A DNA stretch of 64,000 nucleotides from assembly GCA_046314355.1 (NCBI GenBank), contig JBKBWQ010000001.1:576001-640000 (forward strand), in the 5' to 3' direction. The notes under the pieces were generated by a model that made no database searches, had not been told where the DNA came from, and was given only the letters and a program-made list of their open reading frames with translations. Source of the DNA: Candidatus Altimarinota bacterium. GTDB lineage: Bacteria > Patescibacteriota > Gracilibacteria > 1-14-2-50-48-13. Position 1 is the stretch's first letter. Each line of letters begins with the position of its first letter. The position numbers and the translations under genes are program-made. Positions 1 to 10,552 of the stretch are shown here, piece after piece.

Positions 1-1007
1 ACATTGTCTGAAACCACAGGCTCCTTTCTCAACATCTCAAGAAGCTTCTCTGCATTTACGAGATTATCAATAAAGTCCCTCTCAAAGTTTGTAAGATCTC
101 TTACAGCACCTACCACCATTCCACCCCAGGAAGTAAAAAGAAGAATATATCCAGGTGTAAATCTGCCTGTAAAAATAAAATATGCACCTAGAAATAAAAT
201 ACTATAATAAAATACTTGAAATAAAAACTGTCTTATATTCTGCATCTTCATTGAAGGTATCCATATTGAATTGCTCAGATCTCTGAGAAATTTAAATTTA
301 TTATGCAGCCAAGTAGCTTCAGCCTCTTCTCTTCCAAATTGCTTTACTGTCTCAATTTCCCTCGTAACCTCTTTCATATGTGACCAGCGCTTATTCATAT
401 GATCTATCATATTCTTCATAGGTTTTTTTACATATTTATTTGTGTATCTGATATCTGCCCAAAGTCTCGCGATCACAGCAACAGTGAGTAGCAAACCTAG
501 CTCCCATGATATAAAGAAAAGTACAGTCATCGTGATCACAAGTGTAAAGACTGCTGGGAAGACATCATACAAAAGCTGCTGTATCATATTTGTAAATCCT
601 GATACACCATTTTGATAGATGGCAAATTTTATGCCGCTTCCTTGTTCTATGTGTTGCCCAATAGAGAACTGAAGCATTTTTTCAAAACCATACTGTTCTA
701 GCAAAAGACGTCCCTTCCATCTAAAACGGTGAGCCTGTGACTGTCTTAGATAATTTAATATACTCTGCACAAGTGCCAGCCCTATTAAGATCTCAAATAT
801 AATGACTAATGAATCCAAAGACTGCTTCTGAACAATAGCATCTATCATTTGCTTCCAGAAAACCGGCTGGATGATAGAGGCCCCTTGAGCCAAAAATATT
901 AGACCAACAGCATAATACATATCCCCTCTCATTGGCTTTGTAAACTGCCAGAGATCTTTTAGTATAGATAGCGTTGATGATTTCTTTTTCTTTTGTTCAA
1001 AAAGCAT
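1..1007 (-). CDS. ABC transporter permease/ATP-binding protein, N-terminal TMD; runs off the window edge
   Basis: Not in the ORF track. Manual translation from ATG at 1007 gives MLFEQKKKKSSTLSILKDLWQFTKPMRGDMYYAVGLIFLAQGASIIQPVFWKQMIDAIV..., with several TM segments, ending ...NAEKLLEMLRKEPVVSDN, the typical TMD-to-NBD linker of exporter-type ABC proteins. Confidence 0.8.
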   Translation of the reverse strand, partial: MLFEQKKKKSSTLSILKDLWQFTKPMRGDMYYAVGLIFLAQGASIIQPVFWKQMIDAIVQKQSLDSLVIIFEILIGLALVQSILNYLRQSQAHRFRWKGRLLLEQYGFEKMLQFSIGQHIEQGSGIKFAIYQNGVSGFTNMIQQLLYDVFPAVFTLVITMTVLFFISWELGLLLTVAVIARLWADIRYTNKYVKKPMKNMIDHMNKRWSHMKEVTREIETVKQFGREEAEATWLHNKFKFLRDLSNSIWIPSMKMQNIRQFLFQVFYYSILFLGAYFIFTGRFTPGYILLFTSWGGMVVGAVRDLTNFERDFIDNLVNAEKLLEMLRKEPVVSDN

Positions 1008-1100
1008 AGTAGCTAGCTAATAGATAAACATTCTGGAGCATACGTTTAGTGTTGTTTCAAAAAAAGTTTTTTTATATTTTATTGTGAGTATACTATATAT

Positions 1101-1190
1101 GTAAGCAATAAGAGCACAGAAGTAATTAGACTCAATCATTAAGTAATTGAGCTCAATTATTGTAGCCCAATTATTCCATTACTTAATTCC
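1101..1190. repeat. Modular palindromic intergenic array, copy 1
   Basis: AATTAGACTCAATC-ATTAAGT-AATTGAGCTCAATT-ATTGTAGCCCAATT; 14- and 7-nt units shared with other intergenic copies. Confidence 0.85.
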
Positions 1191-1202
1191 TCCCTTATTT
1201 CT

Positions 1203-1240
1203 AAAAAAAGAACCCCATGCTTTGGTAAGCTCTGGGATTC
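1203..1240 (-). terminator. Intrinsic terminator
   Basis: Minus strand reads GAATCCCAGAGCTT-ACC-AAAGCATGGGGTTC followed by T7. Confidence 0.7.
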
Positions 1241-1752
1241 TATTCATCTCATAGGCAAGAAAAATAGAATCTTTCCTTTGTGATGTGTGTTTTTGTTTGA
1301 GTGACAACTGCTCAAAAGTGTAATTCATGCTGTGCTTCGGTCATATACCTCTCCTAATGCCGAGGAGTGACTGATCCCTCGAAGGGATCTGAACCCCGCC
1401 TCGTCTCATATACGAAGTGGAAGAAAATCCAGGTGTAATGATCGGAAGCAAAGCTCGTCAGAATTAATGAGAAGAGGGATGTCATCTCCCTTCTCTTTTT
1501 CGCAAAGCAGTGAAAAATGAATATTCCTTAAATACTTAAGAACTACTCGTTACTCACTACTTACATCTTATTGTAAAGGATCAAATGTAGGACTCCGGCC
1601 GGAAGTCTTTTGCTTTCCTTACTTCTTGTAGGACTTCGCTCTCCGTGGCAGGAAGGAAATCTAAATGGTAAGAATTGCTTTTTTGTTTTTTAAAATTTGT
1701 TTTGGTTTAGTCTTCTTTTTGTTTTGTTTGAAGCTGTTGTATTTTTAAGCTT
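1203..1752 (-). ncRNA. Candidate structured non-coding RNA (unit A), family unknown
   Basis: Upstream sigma70-like TTGCTT-16-TAAGAT, A-rich leader, GC-richer body with hairpins (GATCCCT/AGGGATC 1373-1389; 1469-1495), terminator at the end, no ORF of 60 aa or more. Confidence 0.4.
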
Positions 1753-1873
1753 CATAGGATCTTAATCTTTTTAAAAAATAAAGCAAGAAGAAGATGAGTG
1801 ACAAAGTATGTTTATTGTTTTAAAACATGATTATTTATTATAAAATGTATTTACTGTAAACAGATTACGTGAA

Positions 1874-1990
1874 AGTAATTATATCATTGGACTCAATAAT
1901 TTGGCGCACATTATTAGGCTCAATCATTAAGGCTACAATTATTGAGCCCAATTGCTCTCCTACTTAATTACTCTCCTACTAAATTACTTC
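1874..1990. repeat. Modular palindromic intergenic array, copy 2
   Basis: CATTGGACTCAAT-AATTTGGCGCACAT-TATTAGGCTCAAT-CATTAAGGCTACAAT-TATTGAGCCCAAT, followed by AATTACT-type tails. Confidence 0.85.
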
Positions 1991-2059
1991 TTTCCTTTAT
2001 TACTTTTCTTTTTTCTGATATTCTTGAGTCACTGTATTTTTAGATTTTCATGTCATTCC

Positions 2060-2731
2060 ATGGATTCGCAAGATCAAAAAAATCCCCTTCCAGAAACGCA
2101 GCAAGAATTTTTTTCTCAAGCAACATATCAGCAGCCATCTCAGACTCCTGACGGATCAGAGAAAAAGAGAAGATTAGATACGAGGGCTATTCGTTCCAAA
2201 ATCAGTCAAAGCTTTGCGCAGACAGTGCAAAACTTCTTTTATCAGACCACAATGACCGAAAAGGTAGTCATTGTCTCAAGCATACTGGTCATAGTCTTTA
2301 CTCTTACAAAATGGGGAGCTATAGAAAAAGAGACAGTTACTGGGATTTCAAATCTTGTCTACTTTATTGGATGGTTATTGATAGCATCTGCTCTCTTAAG
2401 TATCGGTTCATTAGTCTGGTTTCTTGCAGGAAAATCATTTCCAAAGTCTTTCCCTTCACTTCCTGTTATTCAGATGATCTTAGGCATCGAGATCGTACAA
2501 TTAGCAATTATAGGCTACACAGTACTTACAGCTTTCAAAACAACGATTTCATTTAATGCAGAAGATGTAACTCTTAGTCCCGCACTCATTGTGCTCTTTG
2601 GAATACTGATATTTGCGTCAGGGTTATTTGAAGAGCGCATCCACCAAAAGAAATCAAATCCTACCAAGCTGCCTAGTAATATGTACGCTCGTCCTGAAGA
2701 GCATGATCTTGACCGTATCCTTTCAGAATAA
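2060..2731 (+). CDS. Hypothetical membrane protein (about 4 TM helices)
   Basis: ORF 1952..2731; start reassigned to MDSQDQ at 2060 because the upstream extension translates the repeat array. Confidence 0.75.
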   Translation: MDSQDQKNPLPETQQEFFSQATYQQPSQTPDGSEKKRRLDTRAIRSKISQSFAQTVQNFFYQTTMTEKVVIVSSILVIVFTLTKWGAIEKETVTGISNLVYFIGWLLIASALLSIGSLVWFLAGKSFPKSFPSLPVIQMILGIEIVQLAIIGYTVLTAFKTTISFNAEDVTLSPALIVLFGILIFASGLFEERIHQKKSNPTKLPSNMYARPEEHDLDRILSE

Positions 2732-2739
2732 TCCTTCCT

Positions 2740-3273
2740 ATGCATACTTTTCTTCTTACTATTCTTTGTTTCATACTCTTCTTGAATGTATTACTAATGC
2801 TTGCACTAGTAATAGGTTTCTTTTACAAAGTACCTTATGTTCCTTCCACTAAGGCACAAATCAGAAAAATGATTGAAGCGGCTGACATCAAAGCAGGTGA
2901 ACATATTGCAGATCTTGGCTGCGGTGACGGAAAGATCTTATTTATGGCAGAAAAATATTCTAAGGGCGTAAGCTTTACTGGATACGAGATCGCACCAATG
3001 CCGATACTTTTCTTCTATATGAAAAAAATCTTCAATAGATCTAAAGCGTCTCTCAAGACTATGGATTTCATGAAAGAAGATTATTCTAAATATTCTGTGA
3101 TATTTCTCTACCTTCTTCCTGAGGCAATGGATAAACTCCTTCCCAAATTTGAAAAAGAGCTCCCTAAAGGCGCCCGTGTGATTTCTAATGTATTTACCTT
3201 CAAAAATAAGAAACCATCTATGGTCATTGATGCAGACAAAAAGATGCATTCAGTAAACTTATATACGTTCTAA
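2740..3273 (+). CDS. Membrane-anchored class I SAM-dependent methyltransferase
   Basis: PYVPS motif, DLGCGDG motif I, 'IFLYLLP' and 'GARVISNVF'. Confidence 0.85.
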   Translation: MHTFLLTILCFILFLNVLLMLALVIGFFYKVPYVPSTKAQIRKMIEAADIKAGEHIADLGCGDGKILFMAEKYSKGVSFTGYEIAPMPILFFYMKKIFNRSKASLKTMDFMKEDYSKYSVIFLYLLPEAMDKLLPKFEKELPKGARVISNVFTFKNKKPSMVIDADKKMHSVNLYTF

Positions 3274-3289
3274 ATTTGAAAGCATAATA

Positions 3290-3330
3290 AAATAAAACCC
3301 CGGAGAATACATTCTTCGGGGTTTTATTTT
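3290..3330. terminator. Bidirectional intrinsic terminator
   Basis: AAATAAAACCCCGGAGAAT...ATTCTTCGGGGTTTTATTT between convergent genes. Confidence 0.8.
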
Positions 3331-3340
3331 AAGCATAGGA

Positions 3341-4417
3341 TTAAACCATATTTTCCATAGCAAGTTTTTTTGCCTGATCCTCAACACGGAGAGATTCTAT
3401 GATATCTCCCATCTTTCCATCCATGATTCCTGGAATATTACTCCAGCTCTTTTTTATACGATGATCAGTAATTCTATCCTGAGGAAAATTGTATGTACGG
3501 ATTTTTTCTGATCTATCTCCAGATCCAATCTGTGAAGAACGTATATCTCCTCTCTCCTTTGCTCTCTTACTCTCTTCTAGATCATAGAGACGGGCTCGGA
3601 GTACCTGAAGTGCCTTTTCCCTATTTTTATGCTGAGAACGCTCATCCTGACACTCTACTACGAGACCTGTCGGGATATGTACCATTCGTACCGCACTATC
3701 TGTCTTATTTACTTTCTGACCTCCTGCTCCAGAAGCTCTACATGTAGTAATTTCAAGATCTTCAGAACGTATTTCGATGTCTACTTCTTCTACTTCAGGC
3801 AGTACTGCTACTGAAGCTGCAGATGTATGGATTCTTCCCTGGCTTTCTGTGGCCGGAATACGTTGCACACGATGCACTCCGCTCTCATATTTGAGCTTTC
3901 CATATACTTCTTCACCAGTGAGGCGCAGTACCATTTCTTTTACACCTGCACCAGTTGTACTCTCACTCATGCTCATTACTTCCGCAGTCCAACCGCGCTC
4001 TTCAGCAAACCGTGTATACATACGTCCGAGCTCAGCAGCAAAGAGAGCAGCTTCTTCTCCACCAGTACCCGCTCGAAGCTCGAGAATGACGTTCTTAGAG
4101 TCATTTGGATCTCTCGGCAGGAGTGAGATTTTTACTTTTTGAAGCAAATCTTCTTCTTTTGATTTTGCATCATTGAGCTGCTCTTGTGCTAGATCAAGCA
4201 TCTCGGGATCACTTTCCGCCTCAATAATCTCCTCTGCTTCTTTTTTAGCGGCAAGTACCTGTTTATATGCTCTATAAATCTCAACAATAGGCTTGAGAGC
4301 CGCATGCCGCTTCATTACCTTCACATATCCCCCCTGATCATTCATCAAATCAGGATCCATCATCTTCTCTTCCATCTCAAGAAATTCTTTTTCTATATTT
4401 TCTAGTTTCTCAAACAT
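3341..4417 (-). CDS. prfA: Peptide chain release factor 1
   Basis: GGQ motif, PAT(PxT) tripeptide, '[21 protein letters not shown]'; start set at MFEKL (4417). Confidence 0.97.
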   Translation of the reverse strand: MFEKLENIEKEFLEMEEKMMDPDLMNDQGGYVKVMKRHAALKPIVEIYRAYKQVLAAKKEAEEIIEAESDPEMLDLAQEQLNDAKSKEEDLLQKVKISLLPRDPNDSKNVILELRAGTGGEEAALFAAELGRMYTRFAEERGWTAEVMSMSESTTGAGVKEMVLRLTGEEVYGKLKYESGVHRVQRIPATESQGRIHTSAASVAVLPEVEEVDIEIRSEDLEITTCRASGAGGQKVNKTDSAVRMVHIPTGLVVECQDERSQHKNREKALQVLRARLYDLEESKRAKERGDIRSSQIGSGDRSEKIRTYNFPQDRITDHRIKKSWSNIPGIMDGKMGDIIESLRVEDQAKKLAMENMV

Positions 4418-4514
4418 AGGGATAATAAGTAGTACAAAACGACGAAATCTTACATGGGGCCATTGCAATTGTCAAACTGTTACCGTATACTTAACCTAAA
4501 CTAATGTACTGTCT

Positions 4515-5030
4515 ATGAGCGACCTCAATACCCTAAATAATACCCCCTCCTCAACTCCTGCCAAAAGTCAGAAGCAAGCTCCTGATGCTTTAAAAGGAAC
4601 GATTGGAAAGATTGGTGAGAGTATTGATAATATCGCATCCACAGCAGAAGTAATTGAATACAATCAAGAAAAGCCAAGTAGCCCTGCACAATCAGGAGGA
4701 CAAACAAAGTCTGGGCAAAAGGCAAAACAAGACGATGGACAAACGCCTATCGTGACTCAAAAAGTAATTCCACAGACTGCTCAAGCCATAAGGAAAGAAC
4801 TTACGATTGAAATTAAACGTAAAATCAATATTTTAATAAAGGAAGCGCGGGAACTGGAAAAGAAACCTGGTGCTTCATTTGCATACTCCCTGCAAAGAGC
4901 ATTGAAGGACATAAGAAAATTGAATCTTCAACTCTCAACAATGCTGCACCTTACCTTTGAAAAACTCAGAGAAGTATACATGTCATTTTTTCCAAATGCT
5001 GTTGAAAGAAAAGACGAATCTGCTGAGTAA
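4515..5030 (+). CDS. Hypothetical protein
   Basis: 171-aa ORF preceded by a TTGTCA...TATACT promoter-like pair; disordered N-terminus, helical C-terminus. Confidence 0.7.
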   Translation: MSDLNTLNNTPSSTPAKSQKQAPDALKGTIGKIGESIDNIASTAEVIEYNQEKPSSPAQSGGQTKSGQKAKQDDGQTPIVTQKVIPQTAQAIRKELTIEIKRKINILIKEARELEKKPGASFAYSLQRALKDIRKLNLQLSTMLHLTFEKLREVYMSFFPNAVERKDESAE

Positions 5031-5056
5031 AAATAAGTGTATCTATACCTAGAGCG

Positions 5057-7309
5057 TTACCCTCTTGGCATAAAAAATAGGTATGAGATTAGTTCTCTTG
5101 AAGTAAGAAGAACTTTTTTTGCAGGTATCAGCAGTGAGGTATCCAGATCATTCTGCGTAATACTATGTTCATCGTTAGCAGCAACTACCCATGAACTGTC
5201 TGAAGATACGGTATGCTGCACTTCTATATTTTTTCCTCCCGGCTGCTTCTCCAGTACTAGATAATATGGAATAAACTCCTTACTGCCCTCTTTTGCAGAA
5301 AGAGTATCTGGAAGCTTATATTTAATAGTTACATGTTTCTCCTCACCAGGTACAACATTCATAACAAAGGCAAAAACTGTTTTTCCCAAATCCTGATATG
5401 TTTCAATATCTTCTCTTTTTATTGCATCCACTGCCTGGATCTCTGATCCTTCCGGGACATAGATACGAATATAGTCTGCATTATTTCCTTTACCTAAAAT
5501 AAACGCGACACTATTATCAACCTTTTTGCCTGTCACTTTCTCTAGAAAAGAAAACAACTTTTCTTCTAGCGCGTCATTCCAAAGATGTCTGCGTGATATC
5601 ACAACATGGTCCATAATCTCTCCTGCATCTGTTACCTGTGTCTCATGTGAAATTTTTTCCTCTATATATTGATCACTCTTATTCGCTCCTATCGCCGTGT
5701 GTGCTACAAGCAAATAATCCTGTATACCATTTATTGGGCTAGTTGCGGCATCATACATCGTCCCATCTACACCGAAGTAAGAGAAAAGCGATTGAATATC
5801 ATCATGAAATGAGAAAGCAAGAATTTGTCTTTCCTTCATATTTTTCAAAATAAGATTCACGCCTTTATGTTCTAGTACCACAGGTTTTACCTTCTTTAAA
5901 AATTCATCTGCAAAAGCAAAGAGGACCGATTTAGGCTGTGCTTTATCTACTTTACTCTCCACTAAGAATGAAATAAGTTGGGAAAAATTATCTTTTGATA
6001 CCGGCACACCAACATCAGGGAGTGAAATTGGTCCAGTAAGTTCTAGAAGATCTTTTATAAAAGTATCTGTCACAGCGAAGACACCATCTACGCCTGGTCC
6101 TTTTTCTTTATCCAGGAACCACGCAATCTGCTTGGCTGATGTTGGAAAATCTGGCCAATAATTTGCATCTCTTAGACGAAACTGCGCTGAGATTTTTTCT
6201 ATGCCAGGAGGAGGTGGAACATCTTGGAAGAATTGTCCATCAAATTCATATACATCCTTAAACGTAATATTCTTGATCCATCCATCATTAAAAGAAACAA
6301 AGGCAAGGCTACCAATAAATCCTCCTGTAGCACGAGCCTCCGAAGAGTTTTGAAGAAGCACTACATAGGTTCGAGGATAATCTTCACCGATAAGGGAAAG
6401 GAACTTAGGAAAAAGATACTCAGCCTCATCTATCAAACCTATTACTTGAGCTATAGCTTTTTTAAGCTCTGTAAGCTGTGAAGCAACATCTGATGGAAAT
6501 AGATCTGCCTGTATCTTTTGCAAATTGACATTTGCCTCTCTAAGTTTATCAAAAGTATTTATTTCCAAGTATCTCCATTGAAATAAAAGAAAAGTACTGA
6601 GATTCTTATACCGGTTCTTTAGATCTACATCATTCAGAATTTTCATATCTTGTAAGAAGCTGCTTACATTATCCATTACATCACTTGCACCATCTCCAGC
6701 TTCAGCAATCAATTCCGCGCCTTTAAGTGCATTATTTAGAGTACCTACATATGAATTTCCAACTCCAAGTGCTGTATTTTCCGGAGGTATATAACTTTGC
6801 AGCTTTTGGAATATCTCTCGTGCACGAAGTAGATTAAGAGAAAGTCTCACAAAATCCTGACGAGTTATAGACTGTAGCGAGTACGAAGCAATAGGTCCTG
6901 TAAGCTCATTTTTATAAAGTGAAATCTCCTGCTTTGCTCTCACAAGGTGCATTCCAAATGCGATACCAATAAGACTTACACAAGTGAAGCCCCCTAGCCA
7001 CAGAAATATTCCTAGAGAAGAAATATTCATATGAAAACTCTCAGGAAGAATCGGGCGTACGGAAAAATGTATTTTTTTAAGATTTTTTACCTTTTCAAAA
7101 GCTTGAGATAGCGGGCTAACTACAAGCCCAGGATCTTCTTTTTTTATCGTAGGTTTTTCGTCCTTTTCTCTTAAGTCGATAGTATGCTCTGCTTTACTAT
7201 TACTGGGCTCAGTAATAGCCTTCTGCTTTTTATCAGAAAGGATAACAACATGAATATTCTCTGGAGTATTCAAATCTATACTTTTAACCGAAGGTATTTT
7301 TTTCTTCAT
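5057..7309 (-). CDS. DUF4012 domain-containing membrane-anchored protein
   Basis: 'YVVLLQNSSEARATGGFIGS', 'RDANYWPDFPTSA', 'ANKSD', 'YIRIYVPEGS' and 'KQPG' motifs; single TM. Confidence 0.8.
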   Translation of the reverse strand: MKKKIPSVKSIDLNTPENIHVVILSDKKQKAITEPSNSKAEHTIDLREKDEKPTIKKEDPGLVVSPLSQAFEKVKNLKKIHFSVRPILPESFHMNISSLGIFLWLGGFTCVSLIGIAFGMHLVRAKQEISLYKNELTGPIASYSLQSITRQDFVRLSLNLLRAREIFQKLQSYIPPENTALGVGNSYVGTLNNALKGAELIAEAGDGASDVMDNVSSFLQDMKILNDVDLKNRYKNLSTFLLFQWRYLEINTFDKLREANVNLQKIQADLFPSDVASQLTELKKAIAQVIGLIDEAEYLFPKFLSLIGEDYPRTYVVLLQNSSEARATGGFIGSLAFVSFNDGWIKNITFKDVYEFDGQFFQDVPPPPGIEKISAQFRLRDANYWPDFPTSAKQIAWFLDKEKGPGVDGVFAVTDTFIKDLLELTGPISLPDVGVPVSKDNFSQLISFLVESKVDKAQPKSVLFAFADEFLKKVKPVVLEHKGVNLILKNMKERQILAFSFHDDIQSLFSYFGVDGTMYDAATSPINGIQDYLLVAHTAIGANKSDQYIEEKISHETQVTDAGEIMDHVVISRRHLWNDALEEKLFSFLEKVTGKKVDNSVAFILGKGNNADYIRIYVPEGSEIQAVDAIKREDIETYQDLGKTVFAFVMNVVPGEEKHVTIKYKLPDTLSAKEGSKEFIPYYLVLEKQPGGKNIEVQHTVSSDSSWVVAANDEHSITQNDLDTSLLIPAKKVLLTSRELISYLFFMPRG

Positions 7310-7324
7310 GAAATGTAAGTAGTA

Positions 7325-8830
7325 CTATTGCTGCGTTGAAACAAAAAGAATCCTATAGGAAATACCGTCTGTGAATGTTGAGAGAGAAATATGTAAACTT
7401 CCATTATTCTTCTCTGCTCTAAGTGCATCTGAGAAATACGGCACAGATTGTGTTGGTAATAAGTACTGAGTTTTCACATACCATTGTGATGGTTCTTTAA
7501 AGTATTTCTCGATCGTCGTATACTGAATGGGATCTTTAGATACAGCAGTTTTGCCATCGCTTATTACATAATTTTTCTGGCTACCTGCAATTTTTACAAG
7601 AGAGATGTCATTGAATTTTATCTCTTTCAAGAAATTCCCTGAACTGCTTTGATCATTCAAAGACACTTTTTCAGGATGTCTTTCCAGCATTATTGCTTTT
7701 GTCTTGTCTGGCAAAGTAGTCGTGATTTCTTCATAAGCCATATTTTTTTCCACTCCATTCTTTAGAATCTCAGAGATTTTAGCTGCTTTCTGTTCATCAA
7801 TCCCGATAATACTTCCGATCACAGAACCTGATGAAGTAATACCAACTGCAAGCGAACTTTTTTCTATCTGAGTCAAAAATTCACGAGGCTGATCTATGAC
7901 CTTTAATTTTTCCACAAGAGCCTCAGTAAGATACTGCCATGATAAAGCAATAGCTTCACTTTTCTCTTCTTTAAAGTACTGGACAAATGTATCGATCAGG
8001 TTTGGTTCTACTACAAAAGCAAGTATTGTAGAAATATTTGCAGGCATTTCAGAAAGCACTGATAAATCTAATTTCTCTCTTTGAACGAAGTACTTTAATT
8101 CTTCTTTCGGCACTTTTATCTTCCCCGTCATAGTCAGATAACCTTCATCTGTGACAAAGAAGTTGCCTGTCGGACTTGTCATCGTAGAAAGAATATCACG
8201 TACAAATACCTGATATGTTGGTTCATTTATTTTCGGGGTCAAGATATCTCCCACTATATCTAAAGCAACTTCATTTGCTGCTGCAAATGACATCGCAGCA
8301 CTCGTATCAAAAGTAGATCTTGAAATAACATCAGCTATTTTACCTCCCTCCATGTCCTTTGTATACACATGAGATTTTATGTTCTCTGCTGATGTATTTC
8401 CTGCTATAACAAATCCTTCCTGAGTTACAACGGTAAAATTATTCTTTAAAGCATCAATGAGTTTTTTTTGAGTAAGATTATTTTCTTCAGCAAATATAAA
8501 GACACTACTATCTTTGTACTGTATTAGATAAGATCTCTCAGGAAGAGAAGCAATAAGAGTATTCCCTTCAGCTTCAGCTGTTCCAAGTAAAGATTGAGTA
8601 CCCGTTGGAGATAGATATTTTTCAGCAAACTTTTTCCACTGCAAAGCACTTTCCTCATTATTATGAATTTCCATAACAGCAAGAAAATCACGATTGCTCA
8701 TATATTTAAGAGGATCCTTTGCCTGGACTTTAGCTGCAATGAACCATGATATAACTCCAAGAAGAATAGCAACAATGATCAGAAGAAAGATAACTGCTAT
8801 TTTTTTAGAAGATATTGGGAAGGAGAACAT
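7325..8830 (-). CDS. Hypothetical membrane-anchored exported protein
   Basis: 501-aa ORF with an N-terminal TM helix, co-oriented with the DUF4012 gene. Confidence 0.75.
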   Translation of the reverse strand: MFSFPISSKKIAVIFLLIIVAILLGVISWFIAAKVQAKDPLKYMSNRDFLAVMEIHNNEESALQWKKFAEKYLSPTGTQSLLGTAEAEGNTLIASLPERSYLIQYKDSSVFIFAEENNLTQKKLIDALKNNFTVVTQEGFVIAGNTSAENIKSHVYTKDMEGGKIADVISRSTFDTSAAMSFAAANEVALDIVGDILTPKINEPTYQVFVRDILSTMTSPTGNFFVTDEGYLTMTGKIKVPKEELKYFVQREKLDLSVLSEMPANISTILAFVVEPNLIDTFVQYFKEEKSEAIALSWQYLTEALVEKLKVIDQPREFLTQIEKSSLAVGITSSGSVIGSIIGIDEQKAAKISEILKNGVEKNMAYEEITTTLPDKTKAIMLERHPEKVSLNDQSSSGNFLKEIKFNDISLVKIAGSQKNYVISDGKTAVSKDPIQYTTIEKYFKEPSQWYVKTQYLLPTQSVPYFSDALRAEKNNGSLHISLSTFTDGISYRILFVSTQQ

Positions 8831-8981
8831 TATATAAATTTATTAAGATAACGTAAGATTTGTACCCCTAATTCTTATGAAATTAAGGGGATGAAGTCAA
8901 GCAAACCCAGTTGTAGTGATGAACATTTCTTTTCTCTTCACTAAAGCTTATTTGAAGAGTCAGGCAGGGGCTATTCTACTC

Positions 8982-10016
8982 TTAACCTTTAGGTAAAAAT
9001 TCTCCAATCCAATGTTTTTTGAAAAACTGCCATTCTTTATCATCTGTAGTCCATTCTGCATAGATAGCTACACCTATCTCTCGCTTAAGTATTCCACTTT
9101 TTGACATGTCCTGTAGTGCCTTTCGGATACCAAATAGTGCTGAGTAAATATTCTCAGCATTTGGATGAAAATTATCTCTTTTATCCTCATAGGTAGGAAC
9201 TCCCATAAATACCACTGTATTTTGCGGCAAAAGATTTATAAGATTCTTCGTCTGTATATATACATAATTTGCGTATAAATAATCCTCAGATAAGGTAGTG
9301 TCATAACTCATCATTGCAATCTGATCCACGTTTTCAGCTACTTTTTTATAATATTCTTTACTCCAGAAGCTAATATTTTTTGAAAATATCTTTAAAAACT
9401 TTTCCGCTCCCCAGAAAGGTTCAAGGTCGTCTGTGGCCACAGACAATACTTTACCATTCATCCTGGTAATCTTATGAGCTTCCTCAAGAAGAGTAATCCA
9501 TGTAATGCTTCCATCCTCAATAGGTTCGATGTTATAGTGAATTCCATCAAAACCAAGATTCATAAGATATTGGGATTCTTCCAGAATATTCTTAATGACT
9601 GTTGGTTCAGACATATCCAAGGGTCCACCCCACATTTTTTCTACCTGCCCCATCCAAGCCTGTACCCGAAGCTCAGGGTAATATCTGTGCATAGCATCTA
9701 CAAGGTCTTTAGCGTACACATACTTATCATCAGTAATAGTACCGTCTCCTTCCAGCGGTCCAACATGAAAAAATGCATCCGAAACACGAAACTCCTTTAA
9801 CTGATTTGCAAGCAGCCTATATGCATCTTCACTCTGCTTGTCCCCAACCCAGCTATGCTTAAGCCAAAGCGCATTTGTAGAGGTATGAGAATTAATAACA
9901 GAAGGTAAAGGCTGCTGATACCAATTATGCATATAAATAAGTCCTCCTCCAAAGCAAAGCACTATAAAAGTGAGGAAAATCAATATGCCGCTAATTGAAT
10001 GTTTTGCGAGACGCAC
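8982..10016 (-). CDS. Exported glycoside-hydrolase-like (GH18-like TIM barrel) protein
   Basis: N-terminal TM; 'FDGIHYNIEP' resembles the GH18 DxDxE strand; 'VDQIAMMSYD' and 'MGVPTY'. Confidence 0.6.
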   Translation of the reverse strand: MRLAKHSISGILIFLTFIVLCFGGGLIYMHNWYQQPLPSVINSHTSTNALWLKHSWVGDKQSEDAYRLLANQLKEFRVSDAFFHVGPLEGDGTITDDKYVYAKDLVDAMHRYYPELRVQAWMGQVEKMWGGPLDMSEPTVIKNILEESQYLMNLGFDGIHYNIEPIEDGSITWITLLEEAHKITRMNGKVLSVATDDLEPFWGAEKFLKIFSKNISFWSKEYYKKVAENVDQIAMMSYDTTLSEDYLYANYVYIQTKNLINLLPQNTVVFMGVPTYEDKRDNFHPNAENIYSALFGIRKALQDMSKSGILKREIGVAIYAEWTTDDKEWQFFKKHWIGEFLPKG

Positions 10017-10031
10017 AAGAAAAGTTGGAAA

Positions 10032-10409
10032 TTAGGATAAGAATTCTCCATGAAACACAGCCTCAATATTATGACCATCTGGATCTAAAACAAAAGCTCC
10101 ATAATAATTTTCATGATACTCTGGACGAGCACCAGGAGCACCATTATCTTTTCCGCCAGCACCTAGTGCCGCTTTATAAAAAGCATCTACTTCATCTTTA
10201 CTCCCCGCACGGAATGCCACATGAAAATTTTTTGGAATAAGATCAGAAGATCGGCATGCAATCCAAAAATCAGGTTTTCCCGCTACGCCTAATCCACCAA
10301 ATACATCCCATTCCATAATAAGTTCATATTTGAGAGGAGAAAGGGCAGCAAGATAGAACTGTTTACTTTTATGATAATCACTCACTGCCAGAGTAATATG
10401 ATCAAGCAT
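10032..10409 (-). CDS. VOC/glyoxalase family protein
   Basis: 'LDHITLAVSD...HVAF...GGKDNGAPGARPEYHENYYGAFVLDPDGHNIEAV'; start at MLDH (10409). Confidence 0.9.
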   Translation of the reverse strand: MLDHITLAVSDYHKSKQFYLAALSPLKYELIMEWDVFGGLGVAGKPDFWIACRSSDLIPKNFHVAFRAGSKDEVDAFYKAALGAGGKDNGAPGARPEYHENYYGAFVLDPDGHNIEAVFHGEFLS

Positions 10410-10552
10410 CGGAAAATGTAAATAATAGTATTTACATGGTAAAAGTTTAGAGAGTAAAAGCAAGACTTTTACCATTTAGGATAAATTTCTAGACAAGAAT
10501 AAAACTTTCAGTATACTTCAGACCGTACTTTGATCTTCAAAACAAGTTACAT

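Noticed and set aside
1203-1752. RNase P RNA or tmRNA call for unit A
   Set aside because: It has no GAGGAAAGTCC or ACAGAA..CGGCTTA motifs and no tRNA-like ends on either strand.
1952-2059. N-terminal extension of ORF 1952..2731
   Set aside because: It starts at a TTG inside the repeat array; the ATG at 2060 is more plausible.
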